Assembly (NCBI GenBank): GCA_951406725.2
Contig: OX597823.1
Coordinates: 33,604,001-33,668,000, forward strand
Reading direction: 5' to 3'
Source: Octopus vulgaris
Lineage: Eukaryota
Length of the DNA: 64,000 nt
Position numbers and translations under genes: made by a program. The notes under the pieces are model-generated. The model made no database searches. It was given only the letters and a program-made list of their open reading frames with translations, and had not been told where the DNA came from. This document shows, one piece after another, positions 1-13,510 of this stretch. Numbering within the stretch: the first letter of the stretch is position 1; each line of letters starts with the position of its first letter.

Positions 1-771
1 CTAGGATTTCGTGTCAAGGTACACAACATATATTTATACATATGTATTTATGCATACATACACACAACTTTTGCATGCATATCCGCACGAACATGTATAT
101 ATGCTAATGTTTTCATCACACTTATGCACAGATATATGTGTGTATGTATTTATTCGTGCACACAACTATCTCGACTTAAGAGAAATAACAGCGTACACTT
201 AAAACAACTCTGAACATAATACATATATACACAAATACAAACACTCGCATTCAGACATTACACACACACACACACACACACGCACACACACACGCACGCA
301 CACACACACACACGCACGCACACACACACACACACAGAGTTCATTGCACGCACACGTTCATATACATATATTGTTATACATTTTATATTTTTACGCACAC
401 ACACACACACACACACTCCTTCAACACTCAGAAAAGAGAGAGAGAGGGGGGAGAGAAAGAGAAGAAAGTAAAAAAAAAAGGAGAAAAGAGGAGAAAATAA
501 CAGATGAGAAATATAGTGTAGGTGGTGATGGTGGTGGTAGTGGTGAGAGGGAGAGAGAAAGAAAATGAGAGAGGGTGAGAGAGAGGCTTGTGTGGTTTAT
601 TAGTTCAGTAGGATGTTGTTGAGGTTCGATTCTCAGTGCTGTCACGTTTAACCCCGCTCAGACAGATCACAGAACTAATAACAACAGCAACCACACTTCA
701 TCCATCTTCCTATATACACCAGATTCAACGTGGATTTCTCAGTATTAACGGATAAACTACGAACTAACTTG

Positions 772-963
772 ATGGGTTGTGCACCCAGCATACGTGGGTC
801 CCGACCTGGCTACTGTCGGGACCGAGCCGATGACTCGAACTCGTCACCGGTGGCCAGGTCACAACCGAAGTTAAGTCGCTTCTTCCCAATGTCACATGCG
901 TTACGCTCCGGCAATTTACCCACGGATAACCCGGAGAGCAACGAACCACCACCCAATGAACAG
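772..963 (+). CDS. PDE8: First coding exon of a PDE8-family cAMP-specific phosphodiesterase (64 aa, phase-0 donor)
   Basis: ATG at 772 gives MGCAPSIRGSRPGYCRDRADDSNSSP..., matching the characteristic PDE8 N-terminus as recalled (MGCAPSIH...YCRDSDESSSP in vertebrate PDE8B). The exon ends CAG|GTAAGT at 963/964. It is a GC-richer island in AT-rich DNA. Confidence 0.8.
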
Positions 964-999
964 GTAAGTTTGTCTTTCTCGACATCTTTCTATATGTGA

Positions 1000-1037
<38 letters not shown>

Positions 1038-1094
1038 GAAATATCAGTACCTTGGTATGCACCTGTATGCATGTATTTAATTGCTATCACGTTC

Positions 1095-1205
<111 letters not shown>

Positions 1206-1531
1206 CATACATACACATGTATATATAAACATCTAATGATGAGGTTGCTACACATGTATATATGCGTGCGTGTGTTTGTGTGAAGAAACACATGCATATA
1301 CATATGGATGCATGTGTATATCTATCAGTCTATTTATTATTATTCACCCATGCATAATATTTATGTATGTGCATATGTGCACACGCACACACACATATAT
1401 GCTTATATTTTTAATATAGTAATTTTGCGCGCGTACACACATATGCAAATATGTGCTTATTTCTTTCTCTCTGTCTTTCGCTGTACATACATACATACAT
1501 ACATACATACATACATACATACATACATACA

Positions 1532-1562
<31 letters not shown>

Positions 1563-1959
1563 GTATGTATATACATACATATATACATACATGCGTACAT
1601 ACTTACATGGGTATTTGTTAATGTCTGCATAAATATTATTGCTGTAATACTACTGATGCTCAAAACACACAATCCCACTCACCCAGTACGAATTATGAGT
1701 AGGTGTATATAGTCATTATATGTGTGTGCATTTATGCATGTGTGTATAGATATAGTTGGGGGTATATATGTATACGTGTTTATAGGTGTGCATGCATGTG
1801 ACACGACATACATACATGCATACATACATACATACATAATGCATATATATATATATATATAAATAAACGCGTGCACTACATAATATATAAAGTTACATGA
1901 ACAATACATTAGTTTGTAATTATTCCATTGATGTTTTCTCCGCTCTATGTTTACATTTT

Positions 1960-2008
<49 letters not shown>

Positions 2009-2332
2009 GATAAACATGTACCTACGCTTTCTCTCACACACTCTTTATCTTTCTCTTTTCCTCTCAAGCTTTCTTTCACTAATATTCACCTTCTCTCTTT
2101 CTCTCACTCTCTCTCCGTCTTATTACGTGTATGTTTGTGTGTGTGTGTGTGATGTGTCAGTGTGCACGTGTGTGTGTATGTGTGTGTCGCAATCAGCTTT
2201 CTCTTGTAACACCCGCAAGCACGTACGCACACAGCAAACATTCATACACACACACACACATACGCGCACGCACGCATACCGTACTTCCCGTTTTGTCTAT
2301 TCCTCTCCCTCTCTCTTCCTCTCTCTCTCTGT

Positions 2333-2390
<58 letters not shown>

Positions 2391-3257
2391 TACATATATA
2401 CATACACATAGATATAGCCACACATACATACATGCACATAACACATACATCCATACATGCATATATATATATATATATATTCATTATATAAAAGGGCTTA
2501 GTAAAATAAAGAAGTAATTTATTTTACTAAGCCCTTTTATATAATGTAATAATTTGAATTCGCCTTAAATGGTCCCTTTGCATACTGAACACTTGGTGAA
2601 ATTGATTAATAATTAATTAATTTTACCCTCAATTGTTGAAATTATATATATATTCATATATTTGTTTCTATGTCTCTGTCTTTCTATAGACTTTTGCCTC
2701 TTACTCTGTATATATGTTATGTCCAGCTCAATAAACAAGGATTACCTAACAAAGTTTCGTTACAACAACCACAACAACGTGAACAACAGCAACAATATAG
2801 ATCAGATGTCATCGCCTCCACCCTGTCCACTCTGCCCTAGATTCCGTACCCGTTACCCTCTCATCATCACCATCACCATCACCATCACTACAGTCAAGTT
2901 CGTCCTTCACATGTAAACTTCTATATTTCAAAAACATCATCTTTACTGCTTTATCTTACATCATTACTATTCACCCTCCCCCTCCCTACGCTACTTCTCT
3001 TCCTCTGCCTCTTCATGTTCTACACATATACATACCTCTCTCTTCTTCTCTCTCCCTATCTCTCCCTTCTCCTCTCCTGTTCTGTCTCCGTTTCTCTTCT
3101 TTTGTCTTCTTCCCTTTCGCTTTCTTCCTCTCTCTCTCTTCTTACTTTTTCTCTGCCGTCCCCCCCCTCGTATTTTTCTCTCTTATTCCCTCTTTCCTTG
3201 TCCCTTTCCATCCCTGCCTCTCCCCCCTCTCTCTGTCCGCACCTTCAACGATATTTA

Positions 3258-3490
3258 TTTGGCAGAAACGAAAGAGCGTCGGACAATATGTCTTATGGAA
3301 TTTAGCTGCATTTCTTTTTTGCTCTGAGTTCAAATCCTGCTCAGGTTTGCAAACTTTGCCTTTAAGGCCTGAAATCAATAAATAAAGTATCCGTCGAGTA
3401 CTGGAATCGATATCATCGATTGTACCCCCTCCTTTCTCTCCGCACAAGATGTGTAGCTTTCGACCAATATTAGAAATCAATATTAGAAAT
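3258..3490 (+). mobile_element. tRNA-derived SINE (family with central TTTCATCCTTT-GGGGTCGATAAA-AGTACC domain)
   Basis: A-box-like TGGCAGAA, B-box GAGTTCAAATCC. Homologous copies at 7413-8280, 25285-25505 and 34815-35030. Confidence 0.65.
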
Positions 3491-4287
3491 ATAAGCGATC
3501 GGCCTTATATCCTTAACTCGAGATATGTCATACTTTACAAGGAAGAGGTAGTTCTGTGATATTTTGGTGTTCATGCCTTTATCGAGAAAGGAAACTGGCT
3601 TTGACGACTAAAAGATATAAGTCAATGTGGTGGCCACTAAGTGGATACTTTAGGTGTCTACGTAGGCTTTCTCCTTCCCTTTTTTCTTTCTTCCTAACCA
3701 TGTCTGCTTGTCCCTCTCTCTCTCTCTCTCTACTTCTTTCTCTCTCTCAGTCCCTCTGACCAAAAAACTTTAACCCGGGATATTTTTCATGTCGATTTTT
3801 TAAATTTTTGTTATGATCGTTGATGCAGTCACAGTTGTGGGCTATGAGTTGTTGCTATGGCTATGTTTGTTGTTATGGTTGTTGGTGTTGTTATAGTTGT
3901 TGTTGTCTAGGCCGTATATACGGTATAGGTTCTTACAATGCCTGATGGTGCTATTAAATATACGGCACTGCTCCTTCCATCATCGGCTTCATATGACCTC
4001 ACCGCTACTGTTTTTGCTTCTAACACCCTGATAAGGGAAACAGCTACTCAAAGACCTACACCTTGTAAAAGTTCTTTAACCCCCGATCTTATTCTGTGGT
4101 ACCTGAATGTGGGTAACGTGCCTTTATGTATTCTCGTGGGTACCATGTCTTGGTGTTTTTCTCCTCCTCTGCCTGTTTGTTGTCTGGGAGTCTTACTAAA
4201 CATTCTGAAAGCATCATGGCTCAGAATAATTATTTTGGATGAAGTTCTACCTTTCAGGTTATTCAGGGGTTTATGTGTGTGTGTATG

Positions 4288-4367
<80 letters not shown>

Positions 4368-4423
4368 CATATTTATATATACATATATAAGTATATATAT
4401 ATACATATATATACATATACATA

Positions 4424-4472
<49 letters not shown>

Positions 4473-4559
4473 CTATGCATATATATACATATCTATGCAT
4501 ATATATACATATGTATGTATATTTATACATATATATATATGTATATATATACATATATA

Positions 4560-4654
<95 letters not shown>

Positions 4655-4661
4655 ATATATA

Positions 4662-4890
4662 CTTTATTTTAAGCAGCAGAAAATTCAACAAAATCTGTTA
4701 CTCTGAGTTTCTCGTTGCCGTTCATCAGACAGTTTTTGCTAGAAAAACTGTCTGATGAACGGCAACGAGAAACTCAGAGTAACAGATTTTGTTGAATTTT
4801 CTGCTGCTTAAAATAAAGCATATTACTCTACCACTGGTATTTGAGTACTCTTTTTTCCACCTTGTTTCACATTTATGTGTTTACTCCGGT
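4662..4890. mobile_element. PLE/retrozyme-like fold-back cassette in (TA)n/(TCTA)n
   Basis: Near-perfect inverted repeat 4662-4818 with apex at about 4740, carrying the HHR in both arms. A unique tail runs to about 4890. Flanked by microsatellites. Confidence 0.7.
4744..4790 (+). ncRNA. Minimal type-I hammerhead ribozyme (mirror copy on the - strand at about 4690-4736)
   Basis: aaaactgt-CTGATGA-acg gcaa cga-GAAA-ctcagag-TA-acagatttt: stem I ctgt/acag, GNRA-capped short stem II, quasi-palindromic stem III ACTCAGAGT. Confidence 0.7.
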
Positions 4891-4893
4891 CTA

Positions 4894-4939
<46 letters not shown>

Positions 4940-4966
4940 AATATATATGCATATATATATATACAC

Positions 4967-5022
<56 letters not shown>

Positions 5023-5954
5023 ACATATGAAGATGGTGATGATGATGATGGCTGATGGATACCAACTGATTTCGGAACTTATGTAATTTTATTGAGGCCG
5101 CCTCCCCACTTCTGCCATGCGACTCTCAACCAGGCTAAACGGTGCAGAAATGCCCGTCTCTCTGCAGCTTCGGCTAAGTTTACCACCGCCACCACCACCA
5201 CCACCACCACCACCACCACCACTACTGCTAATGCTGCTGCTGCTACTGCTGCTGCGCTTGCTTCGGCTGCTGCTGATGTTTTAGTTTAGTCGTACTAAGT
5301 TTCTCTTCTTGATGTTGTTGTTGTTTTTGTTGTTGTTGCAATTCAGACATTGCTGCAGCTATTACTGCAGTCACTGCAGTTATTGTTGGCACTGGTGCAA
5401 ACACTGTCACCGTTGTTGTTGTTGTTGTTGTTGTTGTTGTTGCTGTTATTGCCGATTATGTTGTTGCTTGTTGTTCAGACCAAGTCGGTCCTGACCGAAC
5501 CACATCGATGGCCAAAGACTTTCCAGCCGTGACCATCGCATATATATATTTCAATGTGTTATGTAGCGTGATAAGTGGGAAATTTGGCTGCTATTTCTAG
5601 GAGATGGACCGACCGACCACACAAAGACTTCCTTGTTGACTCTTATTTGCCATGGATGTTGTCGTGGTCGTGGTGTTCCTTATTGTTGTTGCTAATGATG
5701 ACAGCAGCATTTGGGAGAGTGCCAAAGCCGTAGTTCTTTTTGTTCTGATTTCAATTCCAGCTGCTGTCTTTTTTTTTTTTTTTTTTTTGCACTCTTCAGG
5801 GTTCGATCAAATAAAGAACCACTGATGTAGTGAGGCCGATGTAACCGGCTACACTACTCACCATCCCCAAACATATTTTTTGCTGTTTCTGCTGCTGCTG
5901 TTGTTGTTGTTGTTGATGCACGCAAGCCAGTTCCAAGACTTTACAACTCCCGGT

Positions 5955-6021
<67 letters not shown>

Positions 6022-6023
6022 AC

Positions 6024-6193
6024 TACCATATTTACTCTCGTATATAAGTCGCACCCTAATTTTATGTTAAATCTCGGTACCAATTTCTTTCATTTCATAT
6101 TCAAACTTGATATCCGTGTATCAGTCGCACCTTAATTTTTTCCACTTAAAATCAAGTTTAAATAGTGCGTGTTATACACGAGTAAATACGGTG
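6024..6193. mobile_element. Tc1/mariner (Tc2-like) MITE
   Basis: Terminal inverted repeats TACCATATTTACTC...GAGTAAATACGGT. A degraded relative lies near 37605-37770. Confidence 0.5.
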
Positions 6194-6470
6194 TCTCTCT
6201 CTCTCACGTTTTATTTATCTTATTCCCACTTTGTCTTCTTGCTCCCTCTCTCGCTCACACATTTATTCTCTTCATCTTCCATAACAAAACAACAAATTAC
6301 ACAGTGATGGCTTGTTGCCAACTTAATGTGGCAGTCCCAGGAAAAGGAAGAATGCTTCTGCTATTTAGCCCCAAGGAACACCGTTTCTAGTTGGCTACTT
6401 GACACAAGCGTTCTGTGTCCTTAAGTTTTCAAACAGGGGAGATAAACACCTCCCCAACAAACTCAACAGT

Positions 6471-6509
6471 CAGAGACTAGTTTCAGAGTGGTTGCTCTTC
6501 ATCAGTCTG
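6471..6509 (-). ncRNA. Intact minimal type-I hammerhead ribozyme
   Basis: Minus strand: caga-CTGATGA-agag caacca ctct-GAAA-ctag-TC-tctg. Complete core, palindromic stem III ACTAGT, GUC cleavage triplet. Confidence 0.85.
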
Positions 6510-6533
6510 GCGTAGCTTGGCTTTGCTAGCTGA

Positions 6534-7050
6534 ATTTTTTATTAAGACAATAATGTCACATATAGATGATACAGCACAGAACACATACAAATGAAGTTCA
6601 TGCAAGTTTGAATGAACCTTATTTAAAAAATTTTAATGAACAGATGAATTTTATATTATATAGTCTTTTTTTTCCCCTTTTGGGGAGGGGATTATGTCCA
6701 GTTGCCTAAAAGGCCTAGTGGCTACCCCTTACCTATTTTTTCCTCCCAATGCAGAGTAAATAGGGTTACTAGCACCTACCTTTCTTAACACAGCCATCCA
6801 TCTTTCCTCAAACACACTTCGTGACAGTATTCTCTTCTCCAGCCCTGTCTTGCTCTTCAGGGCCAGAGATGAAGGATTCCGTCACAAGTCCTTGCATTCT
6901 AGTCTTCCACACACATTCTTTCAGTACGGCATCTGTACAGAAAAAACATGCCTCACCTTCCTTCGCGAGTCCAGTTGGTGGTACAATCTTTATTATAGAT
7001 TCAGCCGATAGCTGTACTCTTCCCCATGGCCTTGCGAGCTGTTGGTGCTA
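6534..7050 (-). mobile_element. Degraded 3' fragment of an L1/Tx1-like LINE
   Basis: Minus-strand translation GRVQLSAESIIKIVPP...KECVWKTRMQGL...FEERW aligns with the 9134-9751 ORF (GRVGLSAESIVNIVTPP...KECIWWTRLKGL...FKKRW). AATAAA at the 3' end. Confidence 0.75.
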
Positions 7051-7324
7051 AATTGCTGTAGAAAACTTCAAATTCTATAAGTGAAATAAATTCACTGATC
7101 TACAAAATTAGAAATATTGCATTTCTAAATCTCTGAGAGAAAGTTATACAGTAGCAGCACGATAAAGTGATGGTTTGTTGCCTACTTAATGTGTCATCCC
7201 CAGGAAAGGGAAGAATGTTACTACTAATTAGCCCCAAGAAACACCGTTTCTAGTTGGCTCCGTGACACAAGTGTTCTGTGTCCTTTTTCTCCTATCCTCT
7301 TATTTTAGGCTGTCTTTTTGATAC

Positions 7325-8280
7325 AATAAAATACCAATCATGTACTGAGGTTGATGTAATTGACTAAACTCTCTTCCCTCAAAATAACTTTCTTAATTAG
7401 AAACAACTTTTAAAGAAGCAAGTTGGCAGAGTCATTAGAGCATTGAACAAGATGCTTTGTGTCATCTCTTTCCATTCTGGGTTCAAATCTTACTGTGGTC
7501 AACTTTGCCTTGCATCCTTTGAGGGGTGAGGAGGGGTTGATAAAATAAAGTACCTATGTCATATTGGGGTTGATGTAATTGATTGAACTCTTTTCCCTAA
7601 AATTGCTGGCCTTGTGTTAACCAGAGACCATCTTCAGAGTGGATTGGCAGAGTTGGTAGAGCATTGAAAAAAATGTTTTGCAGTGTTTCTCCTGGCCTGA
7701 GTTCAAATCCCACAGAGGACAACTTTGCCTTTCATTGTTTTGGGAGTCAATGATATAAAATCTCAGTCAATAAATGAGGTTGATTGTATCAAATAACTCC
7801 CTTCTGTCATTATTGCTGGTCTTGTGCCTAAATCAGAAATCATTATCGTTATCGCTAGCATGATGGATAGAATATCAGAAGGAAAGCCTTGATGTATTTG
7901 TTCTGGTTCTTTGCATTCTGAGTTCAAACCCTGCCAAGGTCAACTTTGTCTTTAACCCTTTCATTACCAACCCGGCTGAAACTGCCTCTGGCTCTGAGTA
8001 CAAATGTCTTGTTTTCATAAGTTTTGAATTAAAATCTTCCACCAAACCTTAGTCACAATTTATGTTCCTAACACTAGCTTAACGATAACTAAGTTATCTT
8101 ACTAAGTTATCTTACTAAATTCTTTGTTAAATTTAAAATTAATTGGAAGAAACACAGAGCATCTCAAAATAAATACAGTAATGAAAGAGTTAATCCATCT
8201 GAGGTTGGTCAAATGTAGTACCAGTACTTCAATCAAACTAACCCCCACCCCAATAAAACCAAAGGGAACTAGAAACCACT
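7325..8280 (+). mobile_element. Head-to-tail cluster of about 4 copies of the tRNA-derived SINE
   Basis: Repeated TGGCAGAG...G(A/G)GTTCAAA...CAACTTTGCC motifs about 220 bp apart. The last copy is split by the MITE at 7952. Confidence 0.65.
7952..8193. mobile_element. piggyBac-type MITE (TTAA target duplication)
   Basis: TTAA-CCCTTTCATTAC ... GTAATGAAAGAG-TTAA. A reverse-oriented sister copy lies at 15855-16083. Confidence 0.75.
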
Positions 8281-8540
8281 TGAACAGATATTACCCTTAC
8301 CAGAATTAGAATCCCTATGAAGGACAATTACATGATATCAATGAATGGTACGTAGACTAAAACCATCATGAACCATCATGAACAGGAGCATTTCTACTCT
8401 ATATTGACATCAGGTAGCCAATAACCTAGGAAAGCTTTCTATGACATACTACAATGATTTTACCTATCTATCTATCTATCTACCTACCTATATACCTACC
8501 TATCTACCTACCTATCTACCTACCTATTCTATCTAATCTG

Positions 8541-8680
<140 letters not shown>

Positions 8681-8767
8681 ATCTGTCTGTCTGTCTGTCT
8701 GTCTGTCTGTCCAGCCATATATATATATATATAGAGAGAGAGAGATAGATAGATAGATAGATAGATA

Positions 8768-9854
8768 TGTTTCTTTATTAGCCACACAGGGCTGCACACA
8801 GATAGAACAAATTACAAGGTAGAGCTTTTCTTTTGAAGGTTTAAGAAAGAAAAAAAAAAAAAAAAAAAAGGAAGGGGGAGTTTCGATCAAAAGGGATCGT
8901 AAAAGGAGAGAAAGAGGACAAAAAAAGGGGGGGAGGAAAAAAATTGATCAATAGGGATCGTTATCACAGAAATGTCAATATGAAGTGTAAAGGGGAGGAC
9001 AGGTGAGGTTTACCCGTGCAAAGAAAAGCCTACGGAAAAGACCACGGTAACCTCGGTCAATGATGTCACATTTTATATTTCTTTTTTTTTTTTTTTTTGC
9101 AAATAAGCAACTCTCTGTTTTCGATTTCTGGGTTCATAGGACTATGCTCAAGGTGGCTTCGTCATTCATACGTGCCATTCTTGCTACATTCACCCATCTT
9201 TTTTTAAAACATTCGCTAGACAAAACCTGCCTCTCTACTCTCACTTTCCTTTTCAAGTGGTACTTGAAGAAGTTGATGAGAGATTGACCAGAGAGGAAAG
9301 TGTTTGTCTCCAATCCTTTCAGACGCGTCCACCAGATACATTCTTTCGCCATAGCCACAAGGATGATGAAAATAGCTCTTCCTTCCCGTTTGAAGGAAGG
9401 AGGCGTGACAATATTGACGATAGACTCAGCTGATAAACCGACTCGTCCCACACGTGACAGCAGTTGTTCGACATAAGCCCACAGGTCGGAAATTGTTGGA
9501 CACTGAACGAGTGCGTGCAGAACGGTTTCGTCGCTCTGACCGCATCTCGGGCAGGTCGGCCCCGTGTTTCTCGAGCCGTGTCTGTAGAGCTTATCCCGAA
9601 CGGGTAGCGCTTCTCGGTAGCACTGCCAGGCCAGGGATCTCTGGAAGTTGTCCATGGGCCCTGGCCCGAAAGTCGTCCTGAACAGGCGGGTCAGGTACTC
9701 CTCGTCGACGTCCAGGTTCGCCCCGAGCTCGTCGTCGTACCTCCCCTCCACTAAACCCCTATAGAATGCTTTGGTTGTGTTGAAGTCACTTAAGGTCGAC
9801 CCAGGACGGCAGAGTTGCTTGAGAGCAACGCGACACTCGCGGTGCCATTCGAGT
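8768..9854 (-). mobile_element. 5'-truncated L1/Tx1-clade LINE (C-terminal zinc-binding region plus 3' UTR) inserted in (GATA)n
   Basis: ORF 9134-9751 contains LAWQCYREALPVRDKL...CPRCGQSDETVLHALVQCP...LW (zf-RVT-like). AATAAA near the 3' end. Both ends abut (GATA)n. Confidence 0.8.
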
Positions 9855-9904
<50 letters not shown>

Positions 9905-10276
9905 CAGATACAGAAAGAGAGAGAGAGAGAGATAGTAGGCGGACTGATATACTGAGAGACAAATAGTTTTGAATATTATATTATAAGAATGGAACAGTTA
10001 ACAATAATATACAAGTGGTGTTCACATGACTATCTGAATATCTGGTCATAGAACTGACCACTCAATAATATGGCTGATGAAAAACTCCTCAGGGGGATCC
10101 TTCAACATGCGAATACAATATGGTCTCACAAATAATGGTGTTCTAATCTACTCAGCTGTCAGGATTTAAGCGTAATCAACAGACACAGAGAAATAAGTGG
10201 TGGGGATGTCATGATCACGATTAAGAATAACAGTAATAAGGCTGAGGGAAAATATATCAGGAGAATGTTTTGTAGC

Positions 10277-10484
10277 TGTGTAGGTTGTGTGGTAAGAAGC
10301 TTGCTTCTCAGTCTCACGGTTCTGGGTTCAGTCTCACTGTGTGGCACCTTGGGCAAGTGTCTTCCGCTATAGCCTCTGGCTGACCAAACACTTGGGAGTG
10401 GATTTTGTAGATGGAAATATATATATATATATATAAGACAAAAAATACATATAACCATACATACATACATATATATATACATAT

Positions 10485-10559
<75 letters not shown>

Positions 10560-10955
10560 TATATATATGTAAATAGTAAGGAATTACCTCAAAACGTTTA
10601 TATGTATATGTGTGTATCTGTGTTTTCTTCCCAAAATACATATAATCATACACACATACACACACACACGTGTTTGTAAATGGTAAGGAATTACTCCAAA
10701 ACTCTTGTGTGTATATGTGTGTGTTTGTGTCTGTGTTTTCCCCCACCACTGCTGAAAATTGGTATTGGTTTATTTGCATCCCTGTAACTTAGTGGTTTGG
10801 CATAAGAGACTGATAGAATAAGTACCAGGCTCTAAAAAATAAAGAATTCTAAAAAATAAAGAACTGGGGTTGATTCATTCGACTAAAGTTCTTCAAGGTA
10901 GTGGATCCAGCATGGCCACAGTCTTAATAACTGAAACACATAAACGAATAAAAGA
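10277..10955 (+). mobile_element. Abundant tRNA-derived SINE with internal microsatellite and CCAGCATGGCC(A/G)CAGTC...CTGAAACA tail
   Basis: Head GGTTGTGTGGTAAG...GGGTTCAGTC, then GCACCTTGGGCAAGTGTCTT. Further copies at about 11115-11535(-), 15240-15700, 18128-18350(-), 36040-36500(-), 39120-39420(-), 39740-39950(-), 42347-43185(+) and 43255-43460(-). Confidence 0.75.
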
Positions 10956-11656
10956 CTAATAGAGCCTCACATATGAAATGGAGGAATTTTAAAAATTACA
11001 TTTAATGCAGATAATCTAAGAAATTGGGAAACAAAACAGGATTTCTTCCTTCTTTTGTCAGAGATTTAAAAAAAAAAAAGAAATGAACCAGGAAATTAAT
11101 TCCTCTGGAAATTGTCTTTTATTATATTCTATCTTTTATTTGTTTCAGTCATAGGACTGTGGCCATGCTGCAGCAACACCTTGAAGGGAGTAATTAGAAC
11201 AAATCAGTCCCAGTACTTATTTTTTAAAGACTGGTCTATCAGTCTCTTTTGCCAAAATGCTAAGTTAGAAGGATGCAAACAAACCAACTCAGGTGATAAA
11301 GTGGTGGTGGCAGTGGAGGTGGTGGGGGACAAACACAAAGGCACAAACACGTTCACACACAAACATATGTGATTGGCTTCTACACAGTTTCTGTCTTCTA
11401 AATTCCCCCACAATGCATTGGTCAGCCTGGAGCTATAGCAGAAGTCATTTGCCCAAGGTACAATGCAGTGGGACTGAACCTTAATCCATGTAGCTGCAAA
11501 TCAAGTTTCTTGACCATACCATCATGCCTGCACGGGTACTCAAAATTTTAAGACAATCTAGAAATGCAGATTGAAGTGAATCTAGTTTTCAAAATATGTA
11601 TTGCTAAAGAGGTCTAATAAGACTGAAATGTGTCCATTGTTTACCTCACTTGTGAT

Positions 11657-12050
11657 TTAAACCTTTTGTTGCAATATTTTGTTCTTAAAATATATTGCCT
11701 TTGTGTGGGATAATTTTGAAAATATTGAAGTATTCCAGTAGAACCGTATCAGTTACCGGGCCACAGTTGGTGCAGTGAAAATTTTGACACTAAATAATAA
11801 TTGTTTAAGTGAAGTTTATGGTCTTTGTGTGTTTTTGAGTGGATAACATGTGTCTTCCATCCTGTGATAGTTTCAAAACATGGTCTCAAATCAAATCCCT
11901 TGCCTCTGAAATAATGAAACAACTTGGTCATTATTAAGCTCATGTTCAGGACATAAAATTAATGTGAAATTCTAATGGAAGGTTTCAATTTAGAGCTCTT
12001 TAAAACAAATTTGTATCTTAGAACCAAGGTTAATATCAATAAGGGGTTAA
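11657..12050. mobile_element. Longer TTAA-flanked piggyBac-type MITE (degraded)
   Basis: TTAA-ACCTTTTGTT ... AAGGGG-TTAA. Internal sequence is shared with 34766-35525. Confidence 0.55.
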
Positions 12051-12209
12051 GCACTAGAAATACTTTAATTTTATTTTATTCCTATATTGTCCAAGAATTT
12101 CAATCTACTGATCTAACTGGAAGTTACCTCCCATTCCTATTGAGTTTTTTTTTTTTTTCTATGCAGTTGAACATCTGACTAAAATACTATAACATTTAAT
12201 TCTAATAAA

Positions 12210-12410
12210 GATTGTTTGTCAACATAACATGGCAATCTTGGTTTAGGATGAAAGTTGCTGTAATTTAGCCCCTGGAGACATCGTCTCCAGCTGGCTATAT
12301 GACACGATCTGTGTCCTTATATTTTTGAACAAGGGAATCTAGCATCCCCACCCAGCTCAAAGCAATATCTGTGTATCACGATTTCCAGGTTATTTCCCTT
12401 AATCTGGGTT
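12210..12410 (-). mobile_element. Family-A HHR cassette fragment
   Basis: Conserved tagcc-ctggagac...gtctccag-ctggcta-gacacg...tgtgtcc domain, followed by the 3' half of an HHR (minus strand GAAA-tcgtga-TA-cacag). Confidence 0.6.
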
Positions 12411-13199
12411 AATTTTCCTTCATATAATTCTAAGTCCTTGTCAAAGTGGATGTCAGGTTGTCAGTGTTTGAGGTTGTTGGTAAGACAAGACCATAGCAAT
12501 CTATTGCTCTCTCCACTTTTGGCACAGGACTGTAGATTTTGGAAAGGATATCTTCAAGAAACTCATGTATATTATTGGTACTTTATATGTGATGAAAGAC
12601 AGCACCAGCCACTTGCAAAATTGAGACTCAAAATATAAAGGACAGCAGGAAATACCACTGGGTATTTAGTAAAAGTCACCTGGTTCCTATGGTGTTTAAG
12701 TGACGAGACACACAACATTCTTTCTCTGGATAGATTCCAGTGTGTGAAAGGGTTACTCGTTCGCAGCTGAAGGCACTGGAGCAATGTAAAAGGAAGTGTC
12801 TTGGTGAAGGACACAATCCTACTGCCTGGTCTTGGAATCATGAGTGGCACACCCTGACCACTGGGCCATGGGCCTTCACCAGATATTTAGTCTGTTATTC
12901 TGCTCTTTCTGCCATTCCATGACCTTCTCTTTAGACTGTTCCAATTGACAAGATACTTACACTGATTGTGTTTATAATCAAAGCAAAGACCAGGACTGTC
13001 TTAGAGCACCGAGTGAAACGAAAATTTCCAGAAAGACTGTCATTAATCTGAATCAGATTTGGCAAACAAAGAATTTTCCAAGACATTTGCAATGTTTTTT
13101 TTCTCTCTTTTGCTTTAGTTTTCTTTTTTTTTCTTTTTCATAAGTTTGTCTCCAGGAAGAAAACATCCTCTGAATAGCGCCATATCTAAAACAGAAACA

Positions 13200-13510
13200 A
13201 GAGAGTGAGAGAGAGAGTGAAAGAGAGAGAGACAGAGGAAAGAGAAAGAAAGAGAGAGGGAGAGAAAGAGAGATAAAGAGGGGAGAGAGAGAAAATGAAA
13301 AAGAAAGAGAGGGAGAGAAAGAGAAAAAGAGAAAGAAAAGAGTGAGAGAGTTAACGAGAGGAAGAGAAAGAGATAGGGAGAGAAAGAAAGAGAAAGGAGA
13401 GAGAGTAAGTGAAGGAGAAAGAAAGAGGGAGAGAAAGAGAGAGTGAAAGAGAGAAAGAGAGAGGAAGAGAAAGAGAAAGAGAGAAAGAGAAAGGGAGATA
13501 GGAGAGATTA
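13200..13510. repeat. GA-rich low-complexity tract
   Basis: Imperfect (GA)n/(GAAA)n. Confidence 0.9.

Larger units (their letters stand above)
6300..7283 (-). mobile_element. Family-A HHR cassette (partial tandem) interrupted by an L1/Tx1-like fragment
   Basis: Direct repeat 6304-6420 vs 7167-7283 (863 bp apart). Removing the ~517-bp LINE insert leaves a ~346-bp monomer. Contains the HHR at 6471-6509. Confidence 0.75.

Noticed and set aside
10074-10100. CTGATGA heptamers at 10074 and 15731, and GTGATGA-cc-GAAA at 58637
   Set aside because: No flanking helices and no complete core.
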